DNA from: a virus | IMG/VR virus record: IMGVR_UViG_3300033145_000192 | Span: 1 to 64,000 of that record | Strand: one strand, 5' to 3' | DNA length: 64,000 bases | Shown here: one piece after another, positions 10,717 through 21,517 of the stretch | Position numbering within the stretch: the stretch's first letter is position 1 | Layout: the number at the start of each line of letters is the position of its first letter | The notes under the pieces: generated by a model | Told to the model about the DNA's origin: nothing | What the model saw: only the letters and a program-made list of their open reading frames with translations | Database searches by the model: none | Made by a program: the position numbers and the translations under genes

Positions 10717-11506
10717 ATGGATAGCTTCAGAGATTTCCTACGAAAAGTATTGGGGCCAGAGGCACACAAGGAAAATGAAACAAATCTATTTGATGAACCT
10801 CCTAAGTCCAACTGGAGACTTTTGCTAGATTGTGGTATCCTTGACCTAGTAAGAACTGAGCAGGCATTTAACCTGCTGAAATTGATGCCCGATATCAGCA
10901 ATGGACTAGAAGTAACTCCAGAACTGAACGCCTCTTTCGTTGAGGCACTTGAGGCAATTCGGAAAACCTACGAAATGAGACAGCGCGAGGCTAAGAACCT
11001 CATATTTTGGCTCAACGCATACATGAAGGAGTGCAGCAACTATGGCGAAACCAGAGAAGAAAAAAGACCCGAGACTCAAGGGAACCCAACAGAGTCACTG
11101 TAGAGCAACTAAGGGCGTGAATACCAGGAAGCGTGGTCCGGTGTGGGCCAAGCGTCAATACAAGAGGGCCGATGGAACCACTGCAATCCAGCAGATTCAG
11201 GTTCCGCCTGGCTCACAATGGAACCCTGAGCGAATGAGTAAGAAATCTCGTGAGAATGGACTCCCAGAGCCATTCGATGCCCTCCACCTTGAGTGGGATG
11301 AGGAGCTACGAGAGTATGCAGAGGAAGTTGATGGGAAGGTTGAACGAACTAATCTTCCTGGGGACCGATACAGCTACGCCTTGATTGTCAAGGATGCGGC
11401 TGGCGACGATAAGGTTCTGTTTGAGATTGAATCTTCAAAGAATCTCAACTTCGGACCACAGAAGAAATTCAAGAAGAAGGCAGGAAAACCTAGAAAGGAC
11501 TCCTGA
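10717..11506 (+). other. Two hypothetical ORFs (10717-11103, 11042-11506)
   Basis: Coupled ORFs in the same operon. Confidence 0.55.
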
Positions 11507-11898
11507 TGGAAATTCTCGTAATGGTTGGTAGCTGGCTTCTCCCTCTACTAGCGTCACTTTTGACCATCCTTGCTATCGCGGGTGTCAAGAAGTTGATGGA
11601 TAAGTGGAGCGTTGAGCGCAGCGACAAGATTGACGACATGATTGACAGATATGTCCGCATGGGCGTCAATGCTGCTGAGGTTGCTGGCACGAAATACCTT
11701 GAGATGCAAGGCGTCAAGATGGCCAGTGGCGATAAGAAGTCCACGGCTATTTCGGCTGTGCTACGCGAACTTGAGCAGAGCGGAGTCAAGGGTGTCGCAG
11801 AGGAGCTTATTGCTACTAGGATTGAGCATTGGCTAGAGGTCGATGGTAAGAATCCTGGCACGCCTTCGGACCCCACGGTGACTGGAGAGGACGCCTAG
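11506..11898 (+). CDS. Holin-like membrane protein
   Basis: N-terminal TM helix followed by a KK..A...V..EL...G...IE pattern seen in LL-H-type holins. Confidence 0.45.
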   Translation: MEILVMVGSWLLPLLASLLTILAIAGVKKLMDKWSVERSDKIDDMIDRYVRMGVNAAEVAGTKYLEMQGVKMASGDKKSTAISAVLRELEQSGVKGVAEELIATRIEHWLEVDGKNPGTPSDPTVTGEDA

Positions 11899-12251
11899 AA
11901 GGAGCATTAGCGACAATTGACGTTAAGGCTCTTACTGAGGCGGCAATCCTCTTGGCCAGTGAGAAGTTCAACTTGCGGAATCAACTAGATAATGATATGT
12001 TCAACCATGTCATTTATGTGACCAATAGAGTTCTTCTCCTGGCTAAGAGAGATGGTGTGGATAGAGAATCACTGATTCAGATGGGCAAGTATATTTGGCG
12101 ACTCATCCGTGTAATGCAGGCTTACAACGCAAAGCGCCGGGATGTTACCCTAGAAGAAATCATTGGCATCGTCACTGAGTTCAAAGCGGTATTCACCGGA
12201 GGATAGGCGCGGCAAGGTTGGACCTATTAAGGTCAAGAGGGTAGGGCAAAG

Positions 12252-13133
12252 GTGAATGAAATTCCCCAACGTGGATTCTATGTAGATACAAATGGACGCA
12301 TTTATCTTGACGGAGTGCGAACGACTCGCAGTTCGCTCTCTGGTCCAGCGTATCGTGGCCCATACAAGGCTGTAATCAAAAAGCCTGGTGAGCACATAAC
12401 AAAGCCAGACACCCCAGCAAAAGACAACTTCAAAGAACTGCAAGACAAAATGGTTGACGAGTTCCGCCATGCAGCTAAGGGTCTAGCTAAGGCTTGGGAT
12501 AGAGGGTGTCAAAACGGTGAGTGGGCTGATAAGGAAGATGATAAGGAATATGAGAAGGAGCGCGAGGCGGAAATGGGCGCGGTCTACGATGGTCGCCAGG
12601 TCACCTTTACTGCGAACGGCAGCCAGGCTATGCCACGTCTAGAGAAGGACTGTGTAGGTGACGAGGTTATCGAGCTTCAAGCCAATGTTGGTGAACTAAC
12701 TGACATTGTGACTGATATTGTTGAGACTGACCTGGGGCTTATCAAGGTCCAAACGGACAGTATGCAGAAGCAACTATCAGCACTCCAGAGCGTCGATATT
12801 GACGACGACTACGAAGGAGAAAAGCTGGATTCGTTCAAGACCAGAACCAAGGACGCAATTCAAGAGGCAGGCTTCGTTCTAGACGATATGGAGAATGCCG
12901 ACCGAATGCTTCAGGCTCGCGAAATGAAAAGGGCTTGCCTGGCAGAAAACAAACGACGCAACATTGGCGCACAGCTTACTGTGCAGGAACGTCTTGCAAA
13001 GTTGCGTGACACTCACGACGAAATTCGGAAGGAACGGGCTAACAAAGCCCCACTTTGGAAGACTTGTATGGTAGTGCTGTTTGGCGTGCTATTAGCAATC
13101 GCTATGCTCGTAGCTATCATCCTTGTCCTCTAG
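12252..13133 (+). CDS. Coiled-coil protein with C-terminal membrane anchor
   Basis: Heptad-rich middle; hydrophobic C-terminus. Confidence 0.55.
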   Translation: MNEIPQRGFYVDTNGRIYLDGVRTTRSSLSGPAYRGPYKAVIKKPGEHITKPDTPAKDNFKELQDKMVDEFRHAAKGLAKAWDRGCQNGEWADKEDDKEYEKEREAEMGAVYDGRQVTFTANGSQAMPRLEKDCVGDEVIELQANVGELTDIVTDIVETDLGLIKVQTDSMQKQLSALQSVDIDDDYEGEKLDSFKTRTKDAIQEAGFVLDDMENADRMLQAREMKRACLAENKRRNIGAQLTVQERLAKLRDTHDEIRKERANKAPLWKTCMVVLFGVLLAIAMLVAIILVL

Positions 13134-13519
13134 GAGAAACAAATGAATAACCAACAGATTCCTTGGGAGCTTGCACGAAGTCTTGAACAACAAAGGACAC
13201 GAACCCCTATGACCCCGGCTGAAAAGGCGCTAAGGCGTCAGTCAAATATCGAGGCAATTGCAGCCAGTTCTCTTGCTGCCGTGATTGATTCACGCCCCAA
13301 GTTTACTGCTGCACAGTGCGTCAACTTTGCTTTTGATGTGGCAACACTTGTTGTTGAAAAGGCAGAGGGTGCAAGGGCTGAACTGGATGAAATCGGTCAG
13401 TAGATGCACGACTGAGAGAGAAGCCTTAGACCGTGTAGCTCTATGGCTCACCGATAAAGATGGCTCCTATAGAAATATGAATCTATGGGAAGCCCTTGGT
13501 TGGACTATGGAGGAATACT

Positions 13520-14020
13520 ATGCGTGGGGCGAAAATAAGCAGAACGTGCCGGATAATCTCGATTCTTCTTAGCCTTCTCATGTGTTTCACCTTAATAGTC
13601 ACGCCTGGTTGCCGCGACTTTAAGCCCGGCTGGGTGAGTGAAGAGTCGTATGCGTCGTATGTTGTTGAAGGTGTAGACGGTCCACTCGGCGGTCACTTTG
13701 ACGGTGAAGAGTGGGTGCCAGATAATCCTGACATAGCGATGACATACAAGATTCCAGACATTGGCGCTGGATTCATCGTAGACTTCAATGACTGGTCAGT
13801 TAGTCCCGCTATACAAGTTGAGCTACTAGAGTTCAATACCTTCATACCATACGTAAACTTCATCAAGGTTGACCTCGGAGTCGCCTATCAGAGAACGTAT
13901 GTCTATGTTGGAAAGCTGTGGACAAGTATCTTTGAGATATCAACTGGCGGCTTTATTGGGTGGAACTATGAAGATGGCGAATTGTGCTATGGAGTGGGCT
14001 TCACCATCATCAAATTCTAA
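13520..14020 (+). CDS. Putative lipoprotein / beta-rich envelope protein
   Basis: Hydrophobic N-terminus ending VTPGC; alternating aromatic beta strands; terminal Phe. Confidence 0.5.
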   Translation: MRGAKISRTCRIISILLSLLMCFTLIVTPGCRDFKPGWVSEESYASYVVEGVDGPLGGHFDGEEWVPDNPDIAMTYKIPDIGAGFIVDFNDWSVSPAIQVELLEFNTFIPYVNFIKVDLGVAYQRTYVYVGKLWTSIFEISTGGFIGWNYEDGELCYGVGFTIIKF

Positions 14021-14021
14021 C

Positions 14022-14077
14022 GGGCACAATCTTGCCCCTTAGACCCGAATCAATCCACAATGGGCACAATCTTGCCC
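14022..14077. repeat. Two identical 16-bp palindromic direct repeats
   Basis: GGGCACAATCTTGCCC at 14022-14037 and 14062-14077. Confidence 0.85.
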
Positions 14078-14312
14078 TTTAGGAAAACATGAAAGCAAGC
14101 AAGCTAGAGAAAGAAACCCAGTGCTGGTGGGTAGTTGGTATCATGTCTCATACTCGTTGTAGAGATGAACAAACAGCCGGTAGTGGATATTGTCGCTATC
14201 ATCTAAGTGTGATGGAGCGCAACGAACAAGCCAGAAGAGATTACGAGAAAAGAAAAGCCGAGGGCAAGTTAAAGTTCGGTGAACTGAAACGAAGACCCTT
14301 CTAGGAGTAACT

Positions 14313-14933
14313 ATGCCAACAGGATATACAGCAGGAATTTACGAGGGCATTTCATTTGGCGATTTCATTCTCCATTGCGCCCGAAACTTCGGTGCCCTTA
14401 TCCACATGAGGGATGATTCGTTCAAAGCCGAGATTCAGGTGCGCGACGACGAGAACACATACTACATCGAGAGGCTGAAGGAGTGCAAAGAGGAGCTTGA
14501 GGAGCTTGAGAATATGGGCGGCGAGGAGGCCGCAAAGCGATGTGACGCTGAAAACGAGCGGCGCTACGCTGAATTTCTGAAGCGGGTTGGAGACAACCAA
14601 AGGAAGCTCACACAGCTAACTGAGATGAGAGCTAAGGCTGATGCCTGGACTCCTCCGTCAAAGGAACACGAGGGCCTAAAGAAGTTCATGCTGTCTCAAA
14701 TTGACGAAACCATTTCGTTCGATTGTGACATACCGAGCCTTCCTAAGCGAATCGGTCCTGCTGAGTGGCTTACGACTGAACTCGACTGCGCTAAAAGCAG
14801 CGTTGAATACAACGAGAAGCAGCTTCGTAAGAACAGGGAAAGAAACAAGGATACAAACGTATGGATTAAGCAGCTTTTCCAGTCCATTGGGAGAGAGGCT
14901 GAATTCAAGAAACTCAAATCTGTAAGTTGGTGA
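14313..14933 (+). CDS. Conserved phage hypothetical protein
   Basis: MPTGYTA...F.DF...CAR.FGA.IHMRD N-terminus recognised from other phage proteins. Confidence 0.6.
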   Translation: MPTGYTAGIYEGISFGDFILHCARNFGALIHMRDDSFKAEIQVRDDENTYYIERLKECKEELEELENMGGEEAAKRCDAENERRYAEFLKRVGDNQRKLTQLTEMRAKADAWTPPSKEHEGLKKFMLSQIDETISFDCDIPSLPKRIGPAEWLTTELDCAKSSVEYNEKQLRKNRERNKDTNVWIKQLFQSIGREAEFKKLKSVSW

Positions 14934-14934
14934 T

Positions 14935-15621
14935 ATGCGTATTGCGATAGCGTCAGACCTTCATGGTCGTTTCGGTAACATAAACTGGCCAAAGGACGCC
15001 GACATTCTTATTCTTGCGGGAGATGTTCTCAAGAACTTCGACCACAACAAAGAGACCGACGCGATAATTCAACTCGATTACATCGAGGAGAGCCTTGACC
15101 CACACTTGAGGCTATTGCGAGAGCTATACAAGCACATCATCTTTATCCCTGGAAATCACGATAGGGTTTTTGAGTTTCATCGGAAAGAGGCGACCAAACG
15201 GTTGTCATCTGCTACCGTGCTGGTTGATGAGTCATTGACAATCGACGGAATACGCTTCTATGGCGCTCCGTGGACTCCTTGGTTCTTTGGGCACCACTGG
15301 TGCTTTAACCTGCCTGAGCATCCGAATAGATACAAAGACAAGGCTAACTTGGTCTGGGGAAACATCCCAGAGAATGTGGACGTTCTGATAACTCATGGAC
15401 CACCGAGAGGAATCTTGGACGAAGCTGGTAAGGGCGTCAGAGTTGGCTGTCAATATCTTCTAGAGAGAGTGAGGGAGATTAAGCCTCCACTCCACGTATT
15501 TGGACACATCCATGAGAATCATGGGCGCGTTGAGAAGAACGGAACCACGTTCATAAATGCGTCAATCGTTACGGGAAACTATCAACCGACCAATCCAGTT
15601 CATGTAGTAGAAATACTTTGA
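14935..15621 (+). CDS. Calcineurin-like metallophosphoesterase
   Basis: SDLHG, LAGD, PGNHD, LITHGPP, HVFGHIHE. Confidence 0.9.
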   Translation: MRIAIASDLHGRFGNINWPKDADILILAGDVLKNFDHNKETDAIIQLDYIEESLDPHLRLLRELYKHIIFIPGNHDRVFEFHRKEATKRLSSATVLVDESLTIDGIRFYGAPWTPWFFGHHWCFNLPEHPNRYKDKANLVWGNIPENVDVLITHGPPRGILDEAGKGVRVGCQYLLERVREIKPPLHVFGHIHENHGRVEKNGTTFINASIVTGNYQPTNPVHVVEIL

Positions 15622-15628
15622 GGTTGTA

Positions 15629-16555
15629 ATGAGAGAAATCATAATGTTGATGGGCTTTCCGGCCAGCGGCAAGAGCACGCTAACCAAGCAGTATGTCCGC
15701 TCAGGCTATGTGCCTCTCAATCGTGATACGATGGGTGGAACTATTAGCGGACTACACGCAAAGCTGCGTAATCTACTCAGTGACGCTCGAATGGAGCGCG
15801 TCATTCTGGACAACACATACGGGACTGCTGAATCACGCAGCGGTGCGCTGAAGGTTGCAGCGTCGTTCGGTGTGCCAGTCAAGTGCATATGGATGAAAAC
15901 CTCGATTGAGGATGCACAGTTCAATGCCGCCTGGAGAATAAAGTCACTCACTGGAGACATTCTTGCTCCTAAGAGTTGCAACCCACAGATATTCCCGCCT
16001 GTCGTTCTCTTTGCGTATCGCAAGAGGTTCGAGAAGCCGGATATGAGTGAGGGCTTTGCCTCAATCGAAGAGGTTGAGTTTGACAGAGAGATGCCAGCGG
16101 GCTATGACAATGCTGCGACCATCTTCGACTATGATGGAACGCTTCGGGAAACAATCAGCGGCGAGAAGTATCCTCGCACAGCAGATGACGTAAGGCTTCT
16201 ACCAGGAAGAAAAGAGACAGTTGACAAACTGATTGCAAGTGGTGCTATAGTATTGGGTGCCAGCAATCAAAGTGGGATTCATAAGGGGAGTTTGAGTCTT
16301 GCCGACGCAGAACATGCGTTCGCACGAACAAACAGACTATTGGGCCATCAACTCGACGTTCGTTTTTGTCCACATAAGAGCAACCCACTTTCATGTTGGT
16401 GCCGTAAGCCTATGCCTGGTATGGGCGTTGGATTTGTCGTGGACTACAAATTGGACCCGAAAAAGGTTACAATGGTAGGAGACATGACAAGTGACAAAAC
16501 ATTCGCAAGGAGATGTGGATTCAATTTCATCCACGCAAATGACTACTTCTGCTAA
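15629..16555 (+). CDS. Polynucleotide 5'-kinase / 3'-phosphatase (P-loop kinase plus HAD)
   Basis: GFPASGKST, LNRD, ILDNT; HAD motifs FDYDGT, SNQSG, CRKP.PGM, VGDM..D. Confidence 0.85.
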   Translation: MREIIMLMGFPASGKSTLTKQYVRSGYVPLNRDTMGGTISGLHAKLRNLLSDARMERVILDNTYGTAESRSGALKVAASFGVPVKCIWMKTSIEDAQFNAAWRIKSLTGDILAPKSCNPQIFPPVVLFAYRKRFEKPDMSEGFASIEEVEFDREMPAGYDNAATIFDYDGTLRETISGEKYPRTADDVRLLPGRKETVDKLIASGAIVLGASNQSGIHKGSLSLADAEHAFARTNRLLGHQLDVRFCPHKSNPLSCWCRKPMPGMGVGFVVDYKLDPKKVTMVGDMTSDKTFARRCGFNFIHANDYFC

Positions 16556-17567
16556 AGCGCCTTTGCTTCCTGCGCTAAAGGAACACGACCTAAGTAAAGT
16601 GGGGCTCTCGCTCGGTGCGGGGGTTGACCCCGATGGTCTAGCTTGCCAAATGGCAATGAAAGCCATCATAAACACAATCAATCCTGATGCAGAAATCCAT
16701 GAGTTCTATCGAGGCGATTGGGACCGCCCACAGAATAGAACCATGAGAGAACTACTAGGACTAAGCCCTCAGTCTTACGACGAGGCGAATGGTCCAGACT
16801 TTACCTGCATCATTTCACTAGACGGCCCTCCCGGCGTTTGCTTCTCTGGTCCACACTTTGTTATCGACCACCACAAGCAAGATGGCACCGCTGCCCCTAA
16901 CACAGATGTTCGGCCCATTGGCGCGTGTTCGTCCATACTATGGGAATACTGCATGGAAGCCGGGGTTGATTTCACTACAGAAGAAGGCGCGAAACTTGCT
17001 ACTGCTCTTGCTATCGGCATATCAACCGACACAAGAGAGATGGAAGTGGATGCCACAAGTGACCTTGATTTTGAGGCAGCAGCGTTTTGCGGTATTCACC
17101 GAGACGCAAAGCTGTTCATGGGAATCAAGAACTATCCGAAGCCTCGCTACTACAAAGACCTGGAATGTCAGGCGTGGGGCAATGCGACCGTTGAGGGCAC
17201 TGTGCTCGTAACGGGCTTGGGCAATCTCCCGAAGGAGCGCAAAGGCGTAGTTTCCTCTCTAGCAGAGGAGTTTGTTGGATACGGTAGCGTGTCTACTGCT
17301 GTCGTCATTGCTATGATTGAAGCGAACATTGCGTTCAGCGTTAGGAGTTTCAACTCCTCAATCAACGTGGACGAATTTGTTAAGACCGTGTTCAGGCATG
17401 GTGGCGGTAAGAGTGGTGCTGGCGCTGGAACTATTCCAATGCCCGAGTTTCTCAAAGAGGGATTGACGGATGAGCTACAGCGTGGAGTGTTTGACGCTCT
17501 ATACAAAGCAATTGCTCATAGAACACTGAAGTATCTTGGTGATGGAGCCAGGTCTAACGGAGAGTAA
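16539..17567 (+). CDS. DHH/DHHA1 phosphoesterase
   Basis: DPDG..C, VIDHH, GI.TDT, GGGKSGAGAG. Confidence 0.85.
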   Translation: MTTSAKAPLLPALKEHDLSKVGLSLGAGVDPDGLACQMAMKAIINTINPDAEIHEFYRGDWDRPQNRTMRELLGLSPQSYDEANGPDFTCIISLDGPPGVCFSGPHFVIDHHKQDGTAAPNTDVRPIGACSSILWEYCMEAGVDFTTEEGAKLATALAIGISTDTREMEVDATSDLDFEAAAFCGIHRDAKLFMGIKNYPKPRYYKDLECQAWGNATVEGTVLVTGLGNLPKERKGVVSSLAEEFVGYGSVSTAVVIAMIEANIAFSVRSFNSSINVDEFVKTVFRHGGGKSGAGAGTIPMPEFLKEGLTDELQRGVFDALYKAIAHRTLKYLGDGARSNGE

Positions 17568-17568
17568 C

Positions 17569-17961
17569 ATGACCGGTCGTTTGAATCGCTTTAAGCGTTA
17601 CGGTGGAGATTGGGGACAGCGGGTGCCTATGGTCGATTGCATAAAAGGCAGGCTCTACCATATAGGCTGTCGCAATATGGACTATGGCGTTTATGACGGC
17701 AAGGAAGGATTCATCGGAATCCGCGAAAAGTTCGGACATGAATTCCTGTTTACTGAGTATCATTTTGACCAGGGAGCACCTTTCGGCACCGTTCACACGG
17801 TAATTGATACCGAAATCGACATTCCCGAAGGAATCGAACTCAAAACACTCGTCCACAACGACGACAAGAAAACATTTAGCACATATCAACCGCTGTTTGA
17901 GTGGCTACAGAAGCACGAAACAGTAGAGGAGGCTCAAAATGGGCTACAAGAAAATACCTAA
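17569..17961 (+). CDS. Hypothetical protein
   Basis: ORF coupled between DHH and RNA ligase genes. Confidence 0.6.
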   Translation: MTGRLNRFKRYGGDWGQRVPMVDCIKGRLYHIGCRNMDYGVYDGKEGFIGIREKFGHEFLFTEYHFDQGAPFGTVHTVIDTEIDIPEGIELKTLVHNDDKKTFSTYQPLFEWLQKHETVEEAQNGLQENT

Positions 17962-18907
17962 CCTATACAGACCAGCCTCATCGCAGGCTGTAATCGGACG
18001 TGAGGCCGTATGGGCTATGGAGAAAATCCATGGAACTTCGGCTCACGTAGGCTTTTCTATCGCTGAGGGACTTCGGTTGTTCGCCGGTGGAATTAAGCAC
18101 GTCACATTTGAACAGATGATTGATGCTCGAATAGGACTCGACGTTATCGACCACAACTTCCGTCACTACATGGAAAACAACGTAGATGAGGTAATCGTCT
18201 ATGGTGAAGCATATGGTGGCAAGTGCCAGGCAATGAGCAACACTTATGGAGACCTTAACTTCGTTGCATTCGAGGTCAAGGTTGATGGTAAGTGGCTAAC
18301 TGTTCCCAAGGCAGAGAAGTGGGCTCGTAAGCTAGGATTTGATTTCGTTCATTACGAGAAGGGTCCTGCTACTGTCGAGTGGCTTGATGCACAGCGAGAC
18401 GCACAGAGCGTTCAGGCCGTTAAGAATGGCTGTGGAGAGGGCAAGGTCCGAGAGGGCATTGTCGTCCGCACGCTTGATGACGAGGTTGACCGCTTTGGTG
18501 AGCGTATCATCGCAAAGCATAAGTGCGACAAATTCAGCGAGACAAGAACTCCTAGAGAAATTGACCCCGAGCAGCAGAAAGTTTGGTCTGACGCCAGAGA
18601 AACTGCTGAGGAGTGGGTTACGGAGATGCGACTTGAGCATGTGCTCGACAAGATGATAGCCAACAAATGGCTAGAGCATCCTCTTGAGCCACGCAATACG
18701 CCCAAGGTCATCGGTGAGATGATTAAGGACGTTCGCATTGAGTCTGGTGTCGGCGGGTCTGACCCAGAGATTGAGTGGAGCAAGCCGATACAAAAGGCAG
18801 TTGGCTCTCGCACAGCACGAGTATTCAAGGACTGGCTGAAAAAGAACATCTGCTTGATTTGTCACTATCCGAACGGGACTCACGAGTCCGAGTGTCCAGA
18901 CAAATGA
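17939..18907 (+). CDS. RNA ligase (Rnl2-like nucleotidyltransferase)
   Basis: Motif I MEKIHGTS, III VYGEAYG, IIIa FVAFEV, IV EGIVVR, V IAKHK. Confidence 0.85.
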   Translation: MGYKKIPNLYRPASSQAVIGREAVWAMEKIHGTSAHVGFSIAEGLRLFAGGIKHVTFEQMIDARIGLDVIDHNFRHYMENNVDEVIVYGEAYGGKCQAMSNTYGDLNFVAFEVKVDGKWLTVPKAEKWARKLGFDFVHYEKGPATVEWLDAQRDAQSVQAVKNGCGEGKVREGIVVRTLDDEVDRFGERIIAKHKCDKFSETRTPREIDPEQQKVWSDARETAEEWVTEMRLEHVLDKMIANKWLEHPLEPRNTPKVIGEMIKDVRIESGVGGSDPEIEWSKPIQKAVGSRTARVFKDWLKKNICLICHYPNGTHESECPDK

Positions 18908-19372
18908 GCGCCATTCCTAAGTGGAGTGAAGTCATTGACTCTATGAGTGATGACGAGAAGGAAGACTTTTTGAAGTGGTGGCGAGCAGTCCCGCCATACA
19001 ATTTCCAGTTTGATATGCAGGCCATCGTTGCGCTTGCATATCAAGCTGGTCGCAAAGATGGGAGCAAATAACGTGCCAATCTTTGAATCTGACGAGAAAG
19101 CAACAGACAAAGAGTTTAGGCGTCAACAATTAGCCTTGAACGACAAAGTTTTGCGCCTATCATGGAATAGGATGGTGGACGAGCAAGAGGAGCAGCCCGA
19201 TGGAGAGTTCGAAGCTGGAGATTGCTGGGAAACCGAAGAGGACAAACCTGAACCAAAGCCTAACTGAGTTCGTTAGGGAAAACTGTAAACATACGATTGC
19301 ACAATCACCACCGCCAAGGTTGGTATGCCGGACATGTGCTATTGCGTGGGCTAGGAAAATAAGCGAGGAACA

Positions 19373-21517
19373 ATGGAACTAAAGTTTCCTGAGATTAAGA
19401 TTGAAGCAAGTGAAAACTTCAAGACAAAGTCATTCGGATTTGGGGATAAGAGAGTAATCATCAATATCCTGCGCAGCAAGATGTATAGTGACCCCATCTA
19501 TATTATCTGCCAGGAAATCATGTCAAACTCCCGTGATGCTCATAGGGAAGTTGGTGAGGATAAGAAGCCTGTCAAGGTCATCCTGCCGACCAAGTTTGAC
19601 GAGACAATCCATTTCGTTGATTGGGGTCCTGGTATCAACAAGGACCGAATGGAAAACGTGTTTATTCTCTACGGAGAGAGCACTAAGCGTGGAGATAACG
19701 TCCAGACTGGTGGATTTGGTCTTGGTTGCAAGACTCCGTTCGCCTACACTGACTCATTCAATATCACCACCATCACCCAGGAGGGTGACAAGAGGTATCG
19801 TCGGCAGTATTCTGCATACATTGACGAGACCCAGATTGGTGCCATGTCACTCCTTATTGAGACGGAGACCGACGAACATACCGGAACCACCATCTCAATC
19901 CCAGTGAAAACTGCCGACATTCGGACATTTGAGGACAACATCCTTAAGGTCAGTAGGTTTTGGAAGGTTCGTCCAGAACTCAAGAACTCCAAGCGTAGCT
20001 GGCCTACCGAGCAGATTGAGTTTGAGGGAACTAACTGGACGCTCGCAAATGGTAACGGCGGCAGCAGTAGCTACCAATATTACGGCTACAACAGTGGTAA
20101 CCCACTCGTAATCATCGACGGAGTTCAGTATCCACTAAAGACTGACCTTGTTGCGAAAAAGGCAAATGGTGACGCAGCTACTCAGCTTGCTAGGCGCAGT
20201 ATTCGTTTGTTCTTCAACACTGGAGAGCTACAGGTAACTGCTAATAGAGAGGACTTGGACTATCAGCCCGAGGTTATCGACAAAATCGTGAAGCGTCTTA
20301 ACGAATGTGTTGAGGAGCTTCGTGAAAAGATGAATGCCACAGTTGTTAACGCGACCTGTTTGCGTGACGCTATTTCTTCTTGGGAGAAAGCAAAATCCAT
20401 GTATCGCCACCTTGGCATCACGCCGAAGTGGAAGGGACTGGATTTGGTGAGTGAGAAGTCATTTGGTGGCTATTCCAGTAGTCGCCAAGGCACAATCTAT
20501 GTCTATGAGAGACAGCCAACTGGAACAGGTGGAACTGTTAAGTTCAAGGCATACAGGCAGCGTCGTTACGGCAGTCACCCTATCAAGGTTCGCCATGACT
20601 GGGTTCTGGTCGAGCATGACACTGACTCTGAACGCCCTCATATCCGCAGAATTAGGACACTGTTCATTGACAATCCTATTGCGGCTTATGTTGGCATCGT
20701 CAAGTTCAAGGACGACGCAGCAAAGACGGCATGGGAGGGCACATTCAACTGGTCTATGTTGAAGCCTACTATGCTTTCTACTGTCGCCAAGGCAAAGATA
20801 GTCCGTTCTGGCCCACCGAAGGGTTCTAGAGCCAAGATTGTCCCAGTTAAGGAACTAACATCTCGTCGCTCTAGTAGAACTGGAACAGTGTTGGAATGGA
20901 AGAATGCGGACAATAAAGCCGTGACCGACGCTGGTATTTATGTTAAGCTGTATGGTGGTGACGCCTTCCTGGTCGATAAGGCTGGGAAGGAAACCATTGT
21001 CAGTAAGGATAATCTGGAAAGGATTTCCAAGACGCTGGACATTGAGGTTTGGGGTGTTCTTAGTCGGTCAGTGAAGAAGCTGGGCTCTCAGTGGGTCGAT
21101 GTGCATACGCATGTCTGTATTGAAATCGCCAAGCTGGAAGCTGACCAAGGTGTCAAAGATTACATCCTGCTTGGCAAGAAACACTCACTTAGGAACTATG
21201 GAGAGGATTTCTGGAAGTTCCTTCTTAAGCGTGAAGCAAATATCGCTGATGCTACTGGCGTTTTTGCTCAGTATCTTGCTGAGTCGAAGAAGTCTGATGC
21301 TGGTAAGGAAAAGTTGGAAAGATTGCACAAGCTACAGTCAGCTATAAACCTCGAAAGAGTTGCAATCAAATGCGCAGCCATGAAGAAGTTGAAAGAACAA
21401 TTTTGCCAGACATATCCTCTGGCTAATGCAGTAATCCGAGGATTCTACAACGATGTTCTATATGAGGATGTTGCTGATGGAATCATCGACTATGTGAATG
21501 CAAAGGACAAAGAATGA
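19373..21517 (+). CDS. rIIA: rIIA-like protein (GHKL ATPase N-domain)
   Basis: EIMSNSRDAH, DWGPGI, ESTKR..N..TGGFGLGCK.PFAY, SRE-like NREDL; adjacent to rIIB. Confidence 0.88.
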   Translation: MELKFPEIKIEASENFKTKSFGFGDKRVIINILRSKMYSDPIYIICQEIMSNSRDAHREVGEDKKPVKVILPTKFDETIHFVDWGPGINKDRMENVFILYGESTKRGDNVQTGGFGLGCKTPFAYTDSFNITTITQEGDKRYRRQYSAYIDETQIGAMSLLIETETDEHTGTTISIPVKTADIRTFEDNILKVSRFWKVRPELKNSKRSWPTEQIEFEGTNWTLANGNGGSSSYQYYGYNSGNPLVIIDGVQYPLKTDLVAKKANGDAATQLARRSIRLFFNTGELQVTANREDLDYQPEVIDKIVKRLNECVEELREKMNATVVNATCLRDAISSWEKAKSMYRHLGITPKWKGLDLVSEKSFGGYSSSRQGTIYVYERQPTGTGGTVKFKAYRQRRYGSHPIKVRHDWVLVEHDTDSERPHIRRIRTLFIDNPIAAYVGIVKFKDDAAKTAWEGTFNWSMLKPTMLSTVAKAKIVRSGPPKGSRAKIVPVKELTSRRSSRTGTVLEWKNADNKAVTDAGIYVKLYGGDAFLVDKAGKETIVSKDNLERISKTLDIEVWGVLSRSVKKLGSQWVDVHTHVCIEIAKLEADQGVKDYILLGKKHSLRNYGEDFWKFLLKREANIADATGVFAQYLAESKKSDAGKEKLERLHKLQSAINLERVAIKCAAMKKLKEQFCQTYPLANAVIRGFYNDVLYEDVADGIIDYVNAKDKE

